Source: an uncultured Gammaproteobacteria bacterium (lineage in GTDB: Bacteria; Patescibacteriota; Patescibacteriia; CAIXNZ01). Taken from it: a stretch of 60,252 nt of DNA. Within the stretch, counting starts at the first letter, position 1; each line of letters begins with the position of its first letter. Location of the stretch: assembly GCA_964400885.1 (NCBI GenBank), contig CAYNWH010000007.1, positions 1 through 60,252 on the forward strand, read 5' to 3'. Positions 42,227-51,900 of this stretch are shown here, piece after piece. The notes beneath the pieces are model-generated. The model had not been told where the DNA came from. It made no database searches and saw only the letters and a program-made list of their open reading frames with translations. A program made the position numbers and the translations under genes.

Positions 42227-42377
42227 ATAATTTGTCTGTTTAAGATTGATTTACTTAATTATATTATAAATAAAAATAAAGCTTTTGGCAAATAAATCCC
42301 TTATTTTTATTAACAATTGACTTTTAATGAATTTCAAGCTAAAATATTAGATATTAGCGTAATTTAAGAAGGCTTTT

Positions 42378-42469
42378 GGAGAGGTACCCAAGAGGCTGAA
42401 GGGGCGGGTTTGCTAAACCTGTAGGTCGGTGTTTTATCCGGCGCGGGGGTTCGAATCCCCCCCTCTCCG
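42378..42469 (+). tRNA. tRNA-Ser (anticodon GCU)
   Basis: Acceptor GGAGAGG/CCTCTCC, anticodon arm CGGGT-TTGCTAA-ACCTG, a long variable arm, T arm GGGGG-TTCGAAT-CCCCC, discriminator G. Confidence 0.85.
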
Positions 42470-42516
42470 ATCGTAACTATAACTGTGACAATGACAATAA
42501 CTATAATTTGTAATTT

Positions 42517-42882
42517 ATGACATTTAGATTTCGTAATTGGCCAGTCTATAATGATGCAAGGAATTTTAGTAAAGAAGTTAATCAATTAATGAATGATTAC
42601 TTCCCGAAAGAAGAACGTTTTTTATTGACAGATCAAATCCGTAGGGCGCTTAATTCAATGATATTAAATATAGCCGAAGGAGCAAATCGTACAACCGATA
42701 AAGACACTAATAGCTTTATGAATCGCGCATTAACTTCTTTAGATGAAGTAGTTGCCGGATTAGATTGCGCTCATGACGATGGTTACATCAGCGCTGCAAC
42801 ATTTGAATTATATTTAGGCAAAGCAGAAAATATCGCTAAACAGCTCAGAGGCTTTAGTAATCATCTGCAAAAAGAAAAATAA
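42517..42882 (+). CDS. four-helix-bundle protein (the family first described inside 23S rRNA intervening sequences)
   Basis: FRNWPVY..AR.F...V......FPKEERF.L.DQIRRA..S...NIAEG is the characteristic opening of this family. 121 aa. Confidence 0.8.
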   Translation: MTFRFRNWPVYNDARNFSKEVNQLMNDYFPKEERFLLTDQIRRALNSMILNIAEGANRTTDKDTNSFMNRALTSLDEVVAGLDCAHDDGYISAATFELYLGKAENIAKQLRGFSNHLQKEK

Positions 42883-42927
42883 AAAGCATATTGTTATCGT
42901 TATAGTTATCAGTTATCGTCAAAATTA

Positions 42928-43014
42928 GGAAGGGTGGCAGAGCGGTCGAATGCACCGGTCTTGAAAACCGGAGCCCCGGCAACGGGGCCGTGGGTTCGAA
43001 TCCCACCCCTTCCG
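42928..43014 (+). tRNA. tRNA-Ser (anticodon UGA)
   Basis: Acceptor GGAAGGG/CCCTTCC, anticodon arm CCGGT-CTTGAAA-ACCGG, long variable arm (GCCCCGGCAACGGGGC), T arm GTGGG-TTCGAAT-CCCAC. Confidence 0.85.
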
Positions 43015-43024
43015 TAATTCTTAA

Positions 43025-43747
43025 TTAATCTTCTCTCTGCGCGATTACTAATCCATAAATTTCTTTAAAACCATTTTTTGCTAAAACATCGGCACATTCT
43101 TTCAATGTACTACCTGTTGTTATCACATCATCTATTAAGATGATTTTTTTATTTCTGTCAGCTTGTTCGGTCTTAGTAAAAGTAAAAGCATTAGCAAGGT
43201 TAATTTTACGCTCTTGTCTTGTCAGATTAACTTGGCTAACAGTGTTAAGTTTTCTTTTTAATAGAACCTTCTTCTCAATTTTATAAAAATCGCGAAGATG
43301 ATTAGCCAATAAATCGCTTTGATTAAAACCTCGTTCTAAATAACGTTTTTTATGCAATGGTACAGCCACGAACCAGGTATTCTGGCTATTAATATTTAAA
43401 TACCTAAAAACTTCCTTTTCTTTTAAATAGTTGATAATCAAACTGGCCAAAATCCGGCTAATTTCTTCAACATATTTATATTTCAAATTATGAATCAAGG
43501 CTTGTAAAATCTCGTTATTATAATCAGCCGCCACCCAAATATTTAATAGCTGAGATTCTTTTTGGCAATCCGGGCAGATTTGAGACAAAAAAAACTCTTT
43601 ATGACAAAGAGCACAACAATCTTTTTGATTCAAATCAATTTTAGCAAAGCATTGCTGGCATAAATAATCCCCTTCTTGCCCGCAACTCACACATTCTTTT
43701 GGAAAAACTAAATCTATGAACCAATCTTTTAATTTTAAAATATCCAT
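43025..43747 (-). CDS. comFC: ComF-family protein (phosphoribosyltransferase domain)
   Basis: N-terminal Cys pairs (CVSCG..CQQC; CALC..CPDC) and the C-terminal PRTase loop IILIDDVITTGSTL. Confidence 0.85.
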   Translation of the reverse strand: MDILKLKDWFIDLVFPKECVSCGQEGDYLCQQCFAKIDLNQKDCCALCHKEFFLSQICPDCQKESQLLNIWVAADYNNEILQALIHNLKYKYVEEISRILASLIINYLKEKEVFRYLNINSQNTWFVAVPLHKKRYLERGFNQSDLLANHLRDFYKIEKKVLLKRKLNTVSQVNLTRQERKINLANAFTFTKTEQADRNKKIILIDDVITTGSTLKECADVLAKNGFKEIYGLVIAQRED

Positions 43748-43748
43748 G

Positions 43749-43778
43749 GCCTTAATGCCTAATAACTAATGCCTGAAA
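43749..43778. repeat. heptamer word array
   Basis: CCTTAAT GCCTAAT AACTAAT GCCTGAA. Confidence 0.65.
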
Positions 43779-44438
43779 TTATTGCCAAAAAGCGCCATCA
43801 ACTTTCCAGGCATCGTTTTGTTTAACTAAGTTTAAAATTATATCCTGATAAAAAATGCGCGGATTATTAATATCATTTTTAAATTCTTGTCTCTGAGTTT
43901 TTATTCTTATTTCTGCTTTGCCTGCTCCTTCATCTAAATTTAAAACCTCGCTGGAAATTGCTTTTGTTTCCAACGCATAATAAATATCTATATTGGGATT
44001 TTGTTTCTGCAACTCTGCTTTATATGTTTGCTGCACCCAATTACTCATGGAATTTGTCATAAAACTATCAAGATCATCTAAATTGGTATAATTACTTTGG
44101 TTGGAATAACTGCCAAATCTTTCAGCAAAAGCTTGGGCCACAAATAAAACATTGGCTTGCTTTTGCTGCTCTATTTCTGGAGCTGCAGCTCCGCCCAAAT
44201 CCGCTAAGACTTCGGAATCTGGATTATTAAAAGTATTTGGCATCACAGTCTGTCCTACTGGTAAAACTGGAACTTGATTTAAATTAGTATTAGCATTAAC
44301 CAAGCTCGGTGGCGGCGCTTTAAAATAAACCAAAGCTAAGTAAATTAGTGCTGCAATTATTAAAAGTAATAATAATAATAAAATTAGCCAAATTAATCGC
44401 TTACTTTTTGTTAATTTCTGTTTTGTTTTTTCAGCCAT
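43779..44438 (-). CDS. bitopic membrane protein; possible VirB8/TcpC-like (NTF2-like) component
   Basis: Short basic N-terminus, one TM segment (LIWLILLLLLLLIIAALIYLALVYF), then a ~130-aa C-domain ending LVKQNDAWKVDGAFWQ, as NTF2-like folds often do. Last gene of the VirB4 operon. Fold assignment is an inference. Confidence 0.4.
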   Translation of the reverse strand: MAEKTKQKLTKSKRLIWLILLLLLLLIIAALIYLALVYFKAPPPSLVNANTNLNQVPVLPVGQTVMPNTFNNPDSEVLADLGGAAAPEIEQQKQANVLFVAQAFAERFGSYSNQSNYTNLDDLDSFMTNSMSNWVQQTYKAELQKQNPNIDIYYALETKAISSEVLNLDEGAGKAEIRIKTQRQEFKNDINNPRIFYQDIILNLVKQNDAWKVDGAFWQ

Positions 44439-44475
44439 AAAATTTGCTAGTTATTATAAAATTTAAATTAAATAT

Positions 44476-46407
44476 TTATATCGGGATTTCTTCTACTCCG
44501 GCTGGCTTGGCTTGATCGGGCTGATTTTCGCTCTTCTCTGCTTCTTCTTCAAATTCTTTCTTCGCTGCTTCAATCTCTAAAAGCTGCCTAGGATCGCTGG
44601 TAATTAACTGATCTTCACTATAAGAAGCAACGACTTTAATTGCAGCATGTTTTCTGCCGGCAAAAAAGATACCCTCGCCTACGCCGCCTTCTAAAAGCAG
44701 ATATTTTTCTCCTTCTGTTAATAAAAAGATTTTTTGGATAGTGTCAATTGCCGCCGGGGATTGTCTTAAAAGCAATTGTAAAGCTGAATTAGTGACAATC
44801 GCCTTGCCATAGGGATTATTTAAGAAATCATTTACATCCTGGGTAATGGTAGTTACGCCCAAATAATATTTTCTGCATCTTTTTACTAAGGCATAAATAA
44901 ATTTAGCCGAGTCTTCCTGGGTCATCAGCCACCAAGCTTCATCAATGACTAAAATCCTTTTTTTAACTTCTGAGCGAACCACATTCCAGATATAATTAAC
45001 AATGCTGTAAATAGCAATAGGACGCAATTCATCTTCCAAATCCCTAACGCTAAAAGTCACCAATTGATTTTTGACATCAACATTAGTTGGTTTATTAAAT
45101 AAGCCGGCAAAAGTTCCTTCTGTATATTTCTTTAATCTCAAGCTCAAACTTTCTGCGCCTTCCATGCCTGCTAAAATATTCTGCAAATCTTGCATAACAG
45201 GCGGCTCAATTACTGCCAAGTCTGATTCCGGCGTAATATCTTTGCTGGCATAAGTTTCTAATAATGCGCGGTCTAAAATTGTATCTTCCTCTATTGATAA
45301 TTTACCCAGCATAATGCGCAATAAACCTTTCAAAGTAATAACTGCGCTGCGGATAATATCTTCGGTTGACGCATCGCCAATTGCTCTGGGCAAATCAAAT
45401 GGATTAATTTTATTTTTGGAAGCTAAGGAGATATCAATATATGTACCATTAACTGCTTCTGACAAATGGAGATATTCTCTTTCTGGATCAATAATAATAA
45501 CATCAGTACCTAACATTAAACTTCTTAAAACTTCTAATTTAATAGTATAACTTTTGCCAGCGCCTGAAGTCGCAAAAACTACAGAATTAGCATTTTGCAA
45601 AGAAAAACGATCAAAAAGGATTAAACTATTATTATGCCGATTTATGCCATATAAAATGCCGTTGTCCGAGGTTAATTCCGATGAAATAAAAGGAAAAGAA
45701 GAAGCAACGGGTGAGGTATTCATATTAAAAGAAACTAATAACTCATCAATGCCCAGGGGCAAAGTTGATTTGAATCCCTGCTCTGCCTGGTACAGCACCT
45801 TTTTGCTATAAATTAATTTGCCGCCAAAGATTGATTCAATTTCCGAAGTAAATTTATCTAGTTCTTCCAAACTATTAGCATAAATACTCGCATACAGAGC
45901 AAATTGGAAAAATTTTTCAATGCCTTGAGTTAATTCATCCCTTAATTTTTCCATATCCCGCAAGGCTGTCTCTAAAATCGGGTCGCGCGGCGCGCCTTTT
46001 TCAATATCTGACATTAATTGAGCCTGCAGATTGCCGACTCTCTTTTTCAGCTGTTTCAAAATTATTTCCGCTTTGACCGGATAAAAAAACATTGAGACAT
46101 CCAGAGTCTTGCTTAAATTTATTATAGGCGTAAACCAGCCAACGCTTATATAGCGCGGGTAATTCAAGACAAAAAGGGTTCTAATAAAAGTATCGCCTAA
46201 GACCAGATATGTAGGCTTAACTTCAAAAGCCGCCGGCGCAATTAAATCCTTAATATCAATTACGCCTTTGCGGTAAATTCTTTCTTCTTCCAGCGTAATT
46301 TGCTCTGCTTTAGCTGCTGCTTCTTCCTGAGCTTTTTTTTGGGCTGCTGTCAATTCTGCTGGCAGTGCTTCTTGTTTTGATGATTTTTGGGTAATGTCTA
46401 ATGCCAT
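44476..46407 (-). CDS. virB4: VirB4/TrbE-type T4SS ATPase
   Basis: Walker A FATSGAGKSYT, Walker B ILVIDEAWWL. The N-terminal segment (FIRTLFVLNYPRYISVGW) is typical of monoderm VirB4 homologues. Confidence 0.85.
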   Translation of the reverse strand: MALDITQKSSKQEALPAELTAAQKKAQEEAAAKAEQITLEEERIYRKGVIDIKDLIAPAAFEVKPTYLVLGDTFIRTLFVLNYPRYISVGWFTPIINLSKTLDVSMFFYPVKAEIILKQLKKRVGNLQAQLMSDIEKGAPRDPILETALRDMEKLRDELTQGIEKFFQFALYASIYANSLEELDKFTSEIESIFGGKLIYSKKVLYQAEQGFKSTLPLGIDELLVSFNMNTSPVASSFPFISSELTSDNGILYGINRHNNSLILFDRFSLQNANSVVFATSGAGKSYTIKLEVLRSLMLGTDVIIIDPEREYLHLSEAVNGTYIDISLASKNKINPFDLPRAIGDASTEDIIRSAVITLKGLLRIMLGKLSIEEDTILDRALLETYASKDITPESDLAVIEPPVMQDLQNILAGMEGAESLSLRLKKYTEGTFAGLFNKPTNVDVKNQLVTFSVRDLEDELRPIAIYSIVNYIWNVVRSEVKKRILVIDEAWWLMTQEDSAKFIYALVKRCRKYYLGVTTITQDVNDFLNNPYGKAIVTNSALQLLLRQSPAAIDTIQKIFLLTEGEKYLLLEGGVGEGIFFAGRKHAAIKVVASYSEDQLITSDPRQLLEIEAAKKEFEEEAEKSENQPDQAKPAGVEEIPI

Positions 46408-46419
46408 AATACAAAATTT

Positions 46420-47079
46420 TTATTTTTCTATGCCTAATTGGCTAATATCTTTTAATCTTTGATTTTGGGAAGTCTTAGGGTTATAAGCATTATAAAGAAG
46501 TTCTATTAAGCCCTGAGTATCTAAAACCACAGTATCCAAACCCATGCCTTTTAAATTTGCCTCTATATTAGAGACAATTAAGCCCAATTCCTGCTTATAT
46601 TCTAAAAATCTTTCCCTCTTTATTTTTATTAATTTGCCCGGGGAAAATGCTTCTTTTAGCCTGTCAAAAAAATTCTTAGATTTGGAGCCTAAAGGATTAA
46701 AAGGCACAACAATAAAAAACCTTTTAGTCATTATTTCGCCAATTTCGACCAGCTCATTAATATAATCAATGTAGCCAATAATCTGCATCCTTAATAATTC
46801 ATTGGTTTGTTTTTTTTGAGCATCTCTTAATCTTCTTAAATAATTGTCAATATCTAAGCGTCTAGACTGTATGACTATTTGTAATGGATGCTCTAAAGCA
46901 TTTAGAAATTCCATATAGCCGCTAATTAAAGCTTTTTGTTCATCATCGGATTTTAAAGCAAAATTAACGCTTGAGCATAAAATTACTGCTCTTAAAGTGC
47001 CGTCCTTTAAAAGGATAGTATCTTCCCTAATTTCCGCAATATCCAAATATTTTTGGGTTGAAGGTTGCGTTACAGCCAT
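46420..47079 (-). CDS. hypothetical cytoplasmic protein (219 aa) of the T4SS-like operon
   Basis: No TM segment. Ends 12 nt upstream of the virB4 start. No family recognised with confidence. Confidence 0.5.
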   Translation of the reverse strand: MAVTQPSTQKYLDIAEIREDTILLKDGTLRAVILCSSVNFALKSDDEQKALISGYMEFLNALEHPLQIVIQSRRLDIDNYLRRLRDAQKKQTNELLRMQIIGYIDYINELVEIGEIMTKRFFIVVPFNPLGSKSKNFFDRLKEAFSPGKLIKIKRERFLEYKQELGLIVSNIEANLKGMGLDTVVLDTQGLIELLYNAYNPKTSQNQRLKDISQLGIEK

Positions 47080-47084
47080 AGATA

Positions 47085-47118
47085 TTAATATTAGTGATTA
47101 TTAGTGATTAAAAATTAG
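47085..47118. repeat. TTAGTGATTA x2 tandem (same word family, reverse orientation)
   Basis: 47091-47100 and 47101-47110 are identical. Confidence 0.75.
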
Positions 47119-47126
47119 CGGTTTAG

Positions 47127-47546
47127 CTATTCCTCTTTATAAACTCCGCCTGTATTTACTACCAAAGACAAAGAAGTCAATCTTGATTCAGGAATAGGCG
47201 GCTTGGCAATAAATTCTTTTTTAACTTCTGCCTTTTCTACTGGCGGCAAGGAGGTTATTTCTTCTTTCTGCCAAATCCGCAATCTGGGACGCCTAAAGGT
47301 CTGAACAATATTTAAAAAGAAAAAATGGAAAGGCATGCCATTGACTCTGAAAAAAGCCACAATGCCAAAAATCGCTGTTACTATCAAAGCAATGATGGCA
47401 AAAGTATTAAAATAAAATATTTTATAAAAAATAAAATCCAGCATACCAGCCACCATCATTATCAAAAACTGCCTGGTAGTTATCGGACCGATAATTTTGG
47501 TCTCAACATCAAGAAATTGTGGGACTGAAAACTGTTCAAATGCCAT
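47127..47546 (-). CDS. PrgI-family (VirB3-like) membrane protein
   Basis: FSVPQFLDVETKIIGPITTRQFLIM followed by two TM segments, the layout of PrgI/VirB3-like proteins. Lies upstream of virB4. Confidence 0.6.
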   Translation of the reverse strand: MAFEQFSVPQFLDVETKIIGPITTRQFLIMMVAGMLDFIFYKIFYFNTFAIIALIVTAIFGIVAFFRVNGMPFHFFFLNIVQTFRRPRLRIWQKEEITSLPPVEKAEVKKEFIAKPPIPESRLTSLSLVVNTGGVYKEE

Positions 47547-47550
47547 ATCT

Positions 47551-48936
47551 TTAATATTTTAAACTTTTATTTAACTCCATAATAGCTCTAAATTCCTCCA
47601 AAGTTATAATTGGATTTTCTTTTAATATTTGGTCAAATGATTTACCTTGTTTAATTGCCCTATTCATAATATCAGCATAGGTCTTATAAAGCGGGCTGCT
47701 TTTCAAAGCTTTAATCCCCTCTGTCCTTTTAACGATTGATTCTTCTTCCAAGAGATCTAATTTATCTTTTATTTTATCAATTGCTGACTTAGGATCTTTA
47801 GAAAGGCGCCGCAAATCTTCTATTTTAAAAGCAGCTAATTCATCAATAGGACCATATAACTTAGCAGCAAATTTAACATCTTCAATTTTGGGCCTGGCTT
47901 CTGAAAAAGGTTTTTTGAAGAAAGGCTGCTTTTCCTCTGTCTGCGGCGCGCTAGGTGCAGACGTTACTGGCGGCATAACTGGCTGAGAAACAGGTTCAGG
48001 TTTGGGAACTGGCTTTGTCTCAATCTTTTTTTCTGGCTCTTTTTCTTCTTTAGTAGTTAAAGCTGGCGGCGGTGGCGTTATTTCTTCCCTGCTTTCTAAA
48101 AATTCTTCCTCATCTTCTATCTTTTTTATTAAAGGACTAGCCGTCAGCTCTTGAGCTTTTTTCTCTTCTTCCATTAATTCCTTTTTAATCGCTTCTTTTT
48201 TGCTTAATTCTGCAAATTTCATGCCCTTATCTTTAAGCAGCTGATCAATGGTAATATCTGCGCCTGTAATTTTGGTTTCTGTTTCTTCCGGCCTTTTAAC
48301 TTTGGCAGCCACGTCTATTTCTTCTTCTTTAGCTTCTTTTTCTTTAAAAACCTTTTTTTCTTTTTCTAATTCCTGGCTAATTAAATCCCTGATTTTAACT
48401 CCCTGATTTGCATAACTGGCTTCAATATTTTTTAAAATCTTAAGCAAATTCTGTCCCTCACTGTATTTCAAACCCAAGCCGCCAATTTTATTGCTTCTGG
48501 TTAAAATATCTAATGTTTCGCTGTCATCTCTAATATCGCGAAACCAATTAAAAATAATGTCCTCAAATCTCTTTTCATAACGTTCACTGATTTTTAATTT
48601 TGCCTGTTTTTCTATTGCCTTGATAATATCTTCAAGTTTTGCCTGCACTGGCTCGCTGACTCCTGCCTGCCTTACAACATTTTCCGGCAACAAAGGAAAT
48701 AATTCATTTTCCAGATCATAAGTCAAATCTAAAACTAAATTAAAATTTAAATTAGCTTTTTCCTGAATTGCCAGATCAAGTTCATCTTCCTTTATCTTGC
48801 CGCTAAAATAATCGATTAAAATTTGTCTTATAATATCTTCCTTTTTTTTCTCAATTTTATATCTATCGATTAATTCATCAAGTTTAGTTGCAACCTCTAT
48901 TTTATCAAAATATTCTTGAATATTAAAATCTGTCAT
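47551..48936 (-). CDS. acidic/lysine-rich hypothetical protein (461 aa) of the T4SS-like operon
   Basis: Highly charged, with a central KE-rich and P-rich linker. No TM segment. Ends 4 nt upstream of the next gene's start. Confidence 0.5.
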   Translation of the reverse strand: MTDFNIQEYFDKIEVATKLDELIDRYKIEKKKEDIIRQILIDYFSGKIKEDELDLAIQEKANLNFNLVLDLTYDLENELFPLLPENVVRQAGVSEPVQAKLEDIIKAIEKQAKLKISERYEKRFEDIIFNWFRDIRDDSETLDILTRSNKIGGLGLKYSEGQNLLKILKNIEASYANQGVKIRDLISQELEKEKKVFKEKEAKEEEIDVAAKVKRPEETETKITGADITIDQLLKDKGMKFAELSKKEAIKKELMEEEKKAQELTASPLIKKIEDEEEFLESREEITPPPPALTTKEEKEPEKKIETKPVPKPEPVSQPVMPPVTSAPSAPQTEEKQPFFKKPFSEARPKIEDVKFAAKLYGPIDELAAFKIEDLRRLSKDPKSAIDKIKDKLDLLEEESIVKRTEGIKALKSSPLYKTYADIMNRAIKQGKSFDQILKENPIITLEEFRAIMELNKSLKY

Positions 48937-48962
48937 AATTATAAATTTTAGAGCTGAAAAAA

Positions 48963-51900
48963 TTATTTTTCTATCAAAGCGCCGGAAATCATGGTATTCA
49001 TTGCTGTTTCCATATCAGCCACTAGGCCCTGAACTTCTTCAGCAGTCAGGTCTTTACGTGTTCTGGCAAAATCCTCCAAGCGCTTTAATCTGGCCGTATA
49101 TTCTTTAGCTAATTGTTCATTTAATTTAGCGCCTCTTCTTTTTAATTTCGTTTCATAAGCAGACATGGCTTTTCTGACCTTATACAAACCTTTTTGTAAT
49201 GATTGTTTAACCTCGCCCTTAGCACCCTGCTGCTGGGCCGTAGCTAAATCAGCTTGGCTTATTTCTGGTAAGCCGCTAATTTTAACCTGATCACCTTCAG
49301 GCGTAACGCCAATATCAGAAAACCCAACATCTTCAAGTACCTCCTGGTTAACCGCGCCAGCAGCCAAACTTCGCTTAAGCTGGGATTCTCTGTGATTAAC
49401 CATTTGTCTGGCCCGATTTTCTGCTGTATCAGCTGAAACACCTCGTGATTGCAAAGCTTTTCTGATTTCAGCAATAACTTGCCCGCGATTGCGGAATTGT
49501 CCCGTCGGTTTATCAAAATTACTTTCTGCTAAAGTTTGTTTATTTTGGCTTTCGGTCTGCATAAATTGATTCATGTCATCTATTTCCATAACGCCAGGCA
49601 CAGGCTGCGGCCTTTTAGGTAAAGACGGCATAACAGTTTGCCTTGAGCCATTAATAATTTTAGCTTTAAGAAACTGCTTGCCAGCCTTATATTGATTAGT
49701 GGCATAATCACTAACAGAATCCACTGTCCTGCCTTTTAAAGCTAAAATACTATCCATTCTTTCTTTGCCAATAGCTCTTTCTGCTAATCTGGATAATCTG
49801 CCTCCGGCTGGCACTGGCGGTGCTTCAGGTGCTGGCCCTGCTGCTGGTGCTGGCGGTACAGTGGGCGGCTGACCAGCCCCACCCCTTGGGCCTTGAGCAT
49901 AATCATTAGCTTTCATACCAGTTGGCAAATACTCATCTCCCAGAATCAAATGGCCTTGGCTAACTCCGGTTGGCGCAGTATCATCTTTACGCCGTTCGCC
50001 ATTTGACTGATATTCAGCTGTGGCTGCCTCATACATTTTATTAAGCTGTTTTCTTTCAGAATCAGAAAATTGAGCCATACTATCCGGATTAGATGCAACT
50101 TCTTCAATGGCTGACGCAATATTTCTTCTAGCGCCCGGATTATAGCGGCCATAATTTTCTGTTTCCTCACCATATGCCATTAATTCATCTTTCCAAAATT
50201 CATTGCGGTCTTCACCTGTCTCAGGATCAAGCTTGCGCCGAGCAAACTTGCTTTGCTCAGCCATTTGGCTTTGCTCACTGATTTTCATTCTCCTGACTGA
50301 ATCTTTATATTCTTCTGCCGGCGTAGTAGTTTTTGGCTTTATCAAACCTTCTTCTGTCACATATAAATTATTAGTCCTCATATGACGGCCCGTTTCGTTT
50401 TTGTAATCCCGGCCTAATTGCTCAGTAAATTCAAAAAATGGCCGATCTCCCATTGTGCGGCTGAATTTCTTAGTAAAATCACCAACATCTTTAGTATCTA
50501 TCCAGCCGTTTTTAGCGCCTTGGGACATTAAAGCCCGCGCTTCCCTTAAATCGCCTTTTTTATTAGCTGCACCTAATCTTTTGCGCCAGACATTAGGATT
50601 TAAAAAAGCGCCTTCAGAATTTAACCTTTTAGTATCCTTTTCTTCCCATTGCTGCCTGACTCTTTCCACTGCCATTTTTCGCGGACCAAATCTTGAGCGA
50701 GCAGTAGCGCTTACTCTTTCAGCCGCTTCTTTTCTGCCTTCAGCTGTAGCATATCTTAAATATTTATTGCGCCGCGCATAATCACCGACAGCCTGCATCG
50801 CACCCCTGACTGGCGCACCAGCCGCTCTGACAGGAGCCATAGCAATGCCCTGCGCAGCTGCGCCAGCTCTTCTGGCCCCTCTTTCCAGCCTGCCCGCTGT
50901 TTGGTTTCTAATGGCGTTAAACCCACCAGTGGCATAGCCAGAACCAACCACGCCCATCCGGCCTGTGAAATACAAACCGCCAACCAGCATAATAATGCCC
51001 ATCATAAACCCTACTGCTCCCTCTGCCGTACCAGCGGGTGAATTAAGGCCATTCACATTATTAGTTATTTCACTTTGCTTAAAGCCGCCACTAACAGCGT
51101 CTTGGGTAATGTTTTGAGAAACACCATTCATGCTAATAATGGCAATCCACAGGAAAAAAGCTAAAAATGGCCCGACCATACAGTATTTAAAAAACTCACC
51201 CCACCATTGCTGGGATAAAGAAGCGATTTTACCGCCGGCTGGCTCAAAAACCCAGGAGAAAAAAGCTAAAGGCGAAAACACAATCAAAATCCATAAAGCC
51301 ACAATTCTAAAAGCCAAAATCACGCAAAAAATCGCGACTACAATCGTAGCAATAATAACAAATATTAAACCAAAGATACTACCTACCATTGAATCTATGT
51401 CCGCATGACTAGTGCCTGCCTGCACATCATAATTATATTTAAATAAATCTGCTGAGCCAAAACCATTTATCAAATTGCCTTGAGTAATATCTTTAAAGGA
51501 TTTAACAAAAGTTATCATAATCACCTGAAAAAAATCAATTATCAAACCAGCAATAGTCCGGCTAAAATTAACCAAAATCGCCATAATTAATAAACGGCCT
51601 AAAAGCTTGTTATAAGAATATTTTTCAATTTTCAAAACTGTGGCAAAAGCGATCAAAAGCAAACCCAGTATAAAAAACATATTAACAATATCGCGGATAA
51701 TCACCCAGCCTTTTTGCACATAAGAATTATAAATAAAATTATTATATAAGCTTAACATCACTAAAAGTTTAACCAATAAAATCAAAACCTTGCCAACTAA
51801 ACTTATCAGGGTCTGAACAATAAAATTAATAATGGAAATGCCAACCGATTTGGCTGCTCCCATAATATCCATATTAGTAGCTGAAACTCGTTCTATGGGT

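Noticed and set aside
42364-42585. A 73-aa minus-strand ORF.
   Set aside because: It is antisense to tRNA-Ser(GCU) and to the start of the four-helix-bundle gene. The tRNA fold is unambiguous.
42928-43014. A long-variable-arm tRNA with the letters TGA in its anticodon loop, considered as a possible tRNA-Sec.
   Set aside because: The anticodon is 5'-UGA-3', which reads UCA (Ser). Sec would need 5'-UCA-3'. The acceptor and T arms have normal Ser-type lengths, and no selA/selB/selD genes or in-frame TGA genes were seen.
98-47118. Whether the heptamer word arrays could be CRISPR arrays.
   Set aside because: The period is 7 nt with no unique spacers. The arrays are 30-120 nt long and no cas genes are present, so they are simple word repeats and not CRISPR.
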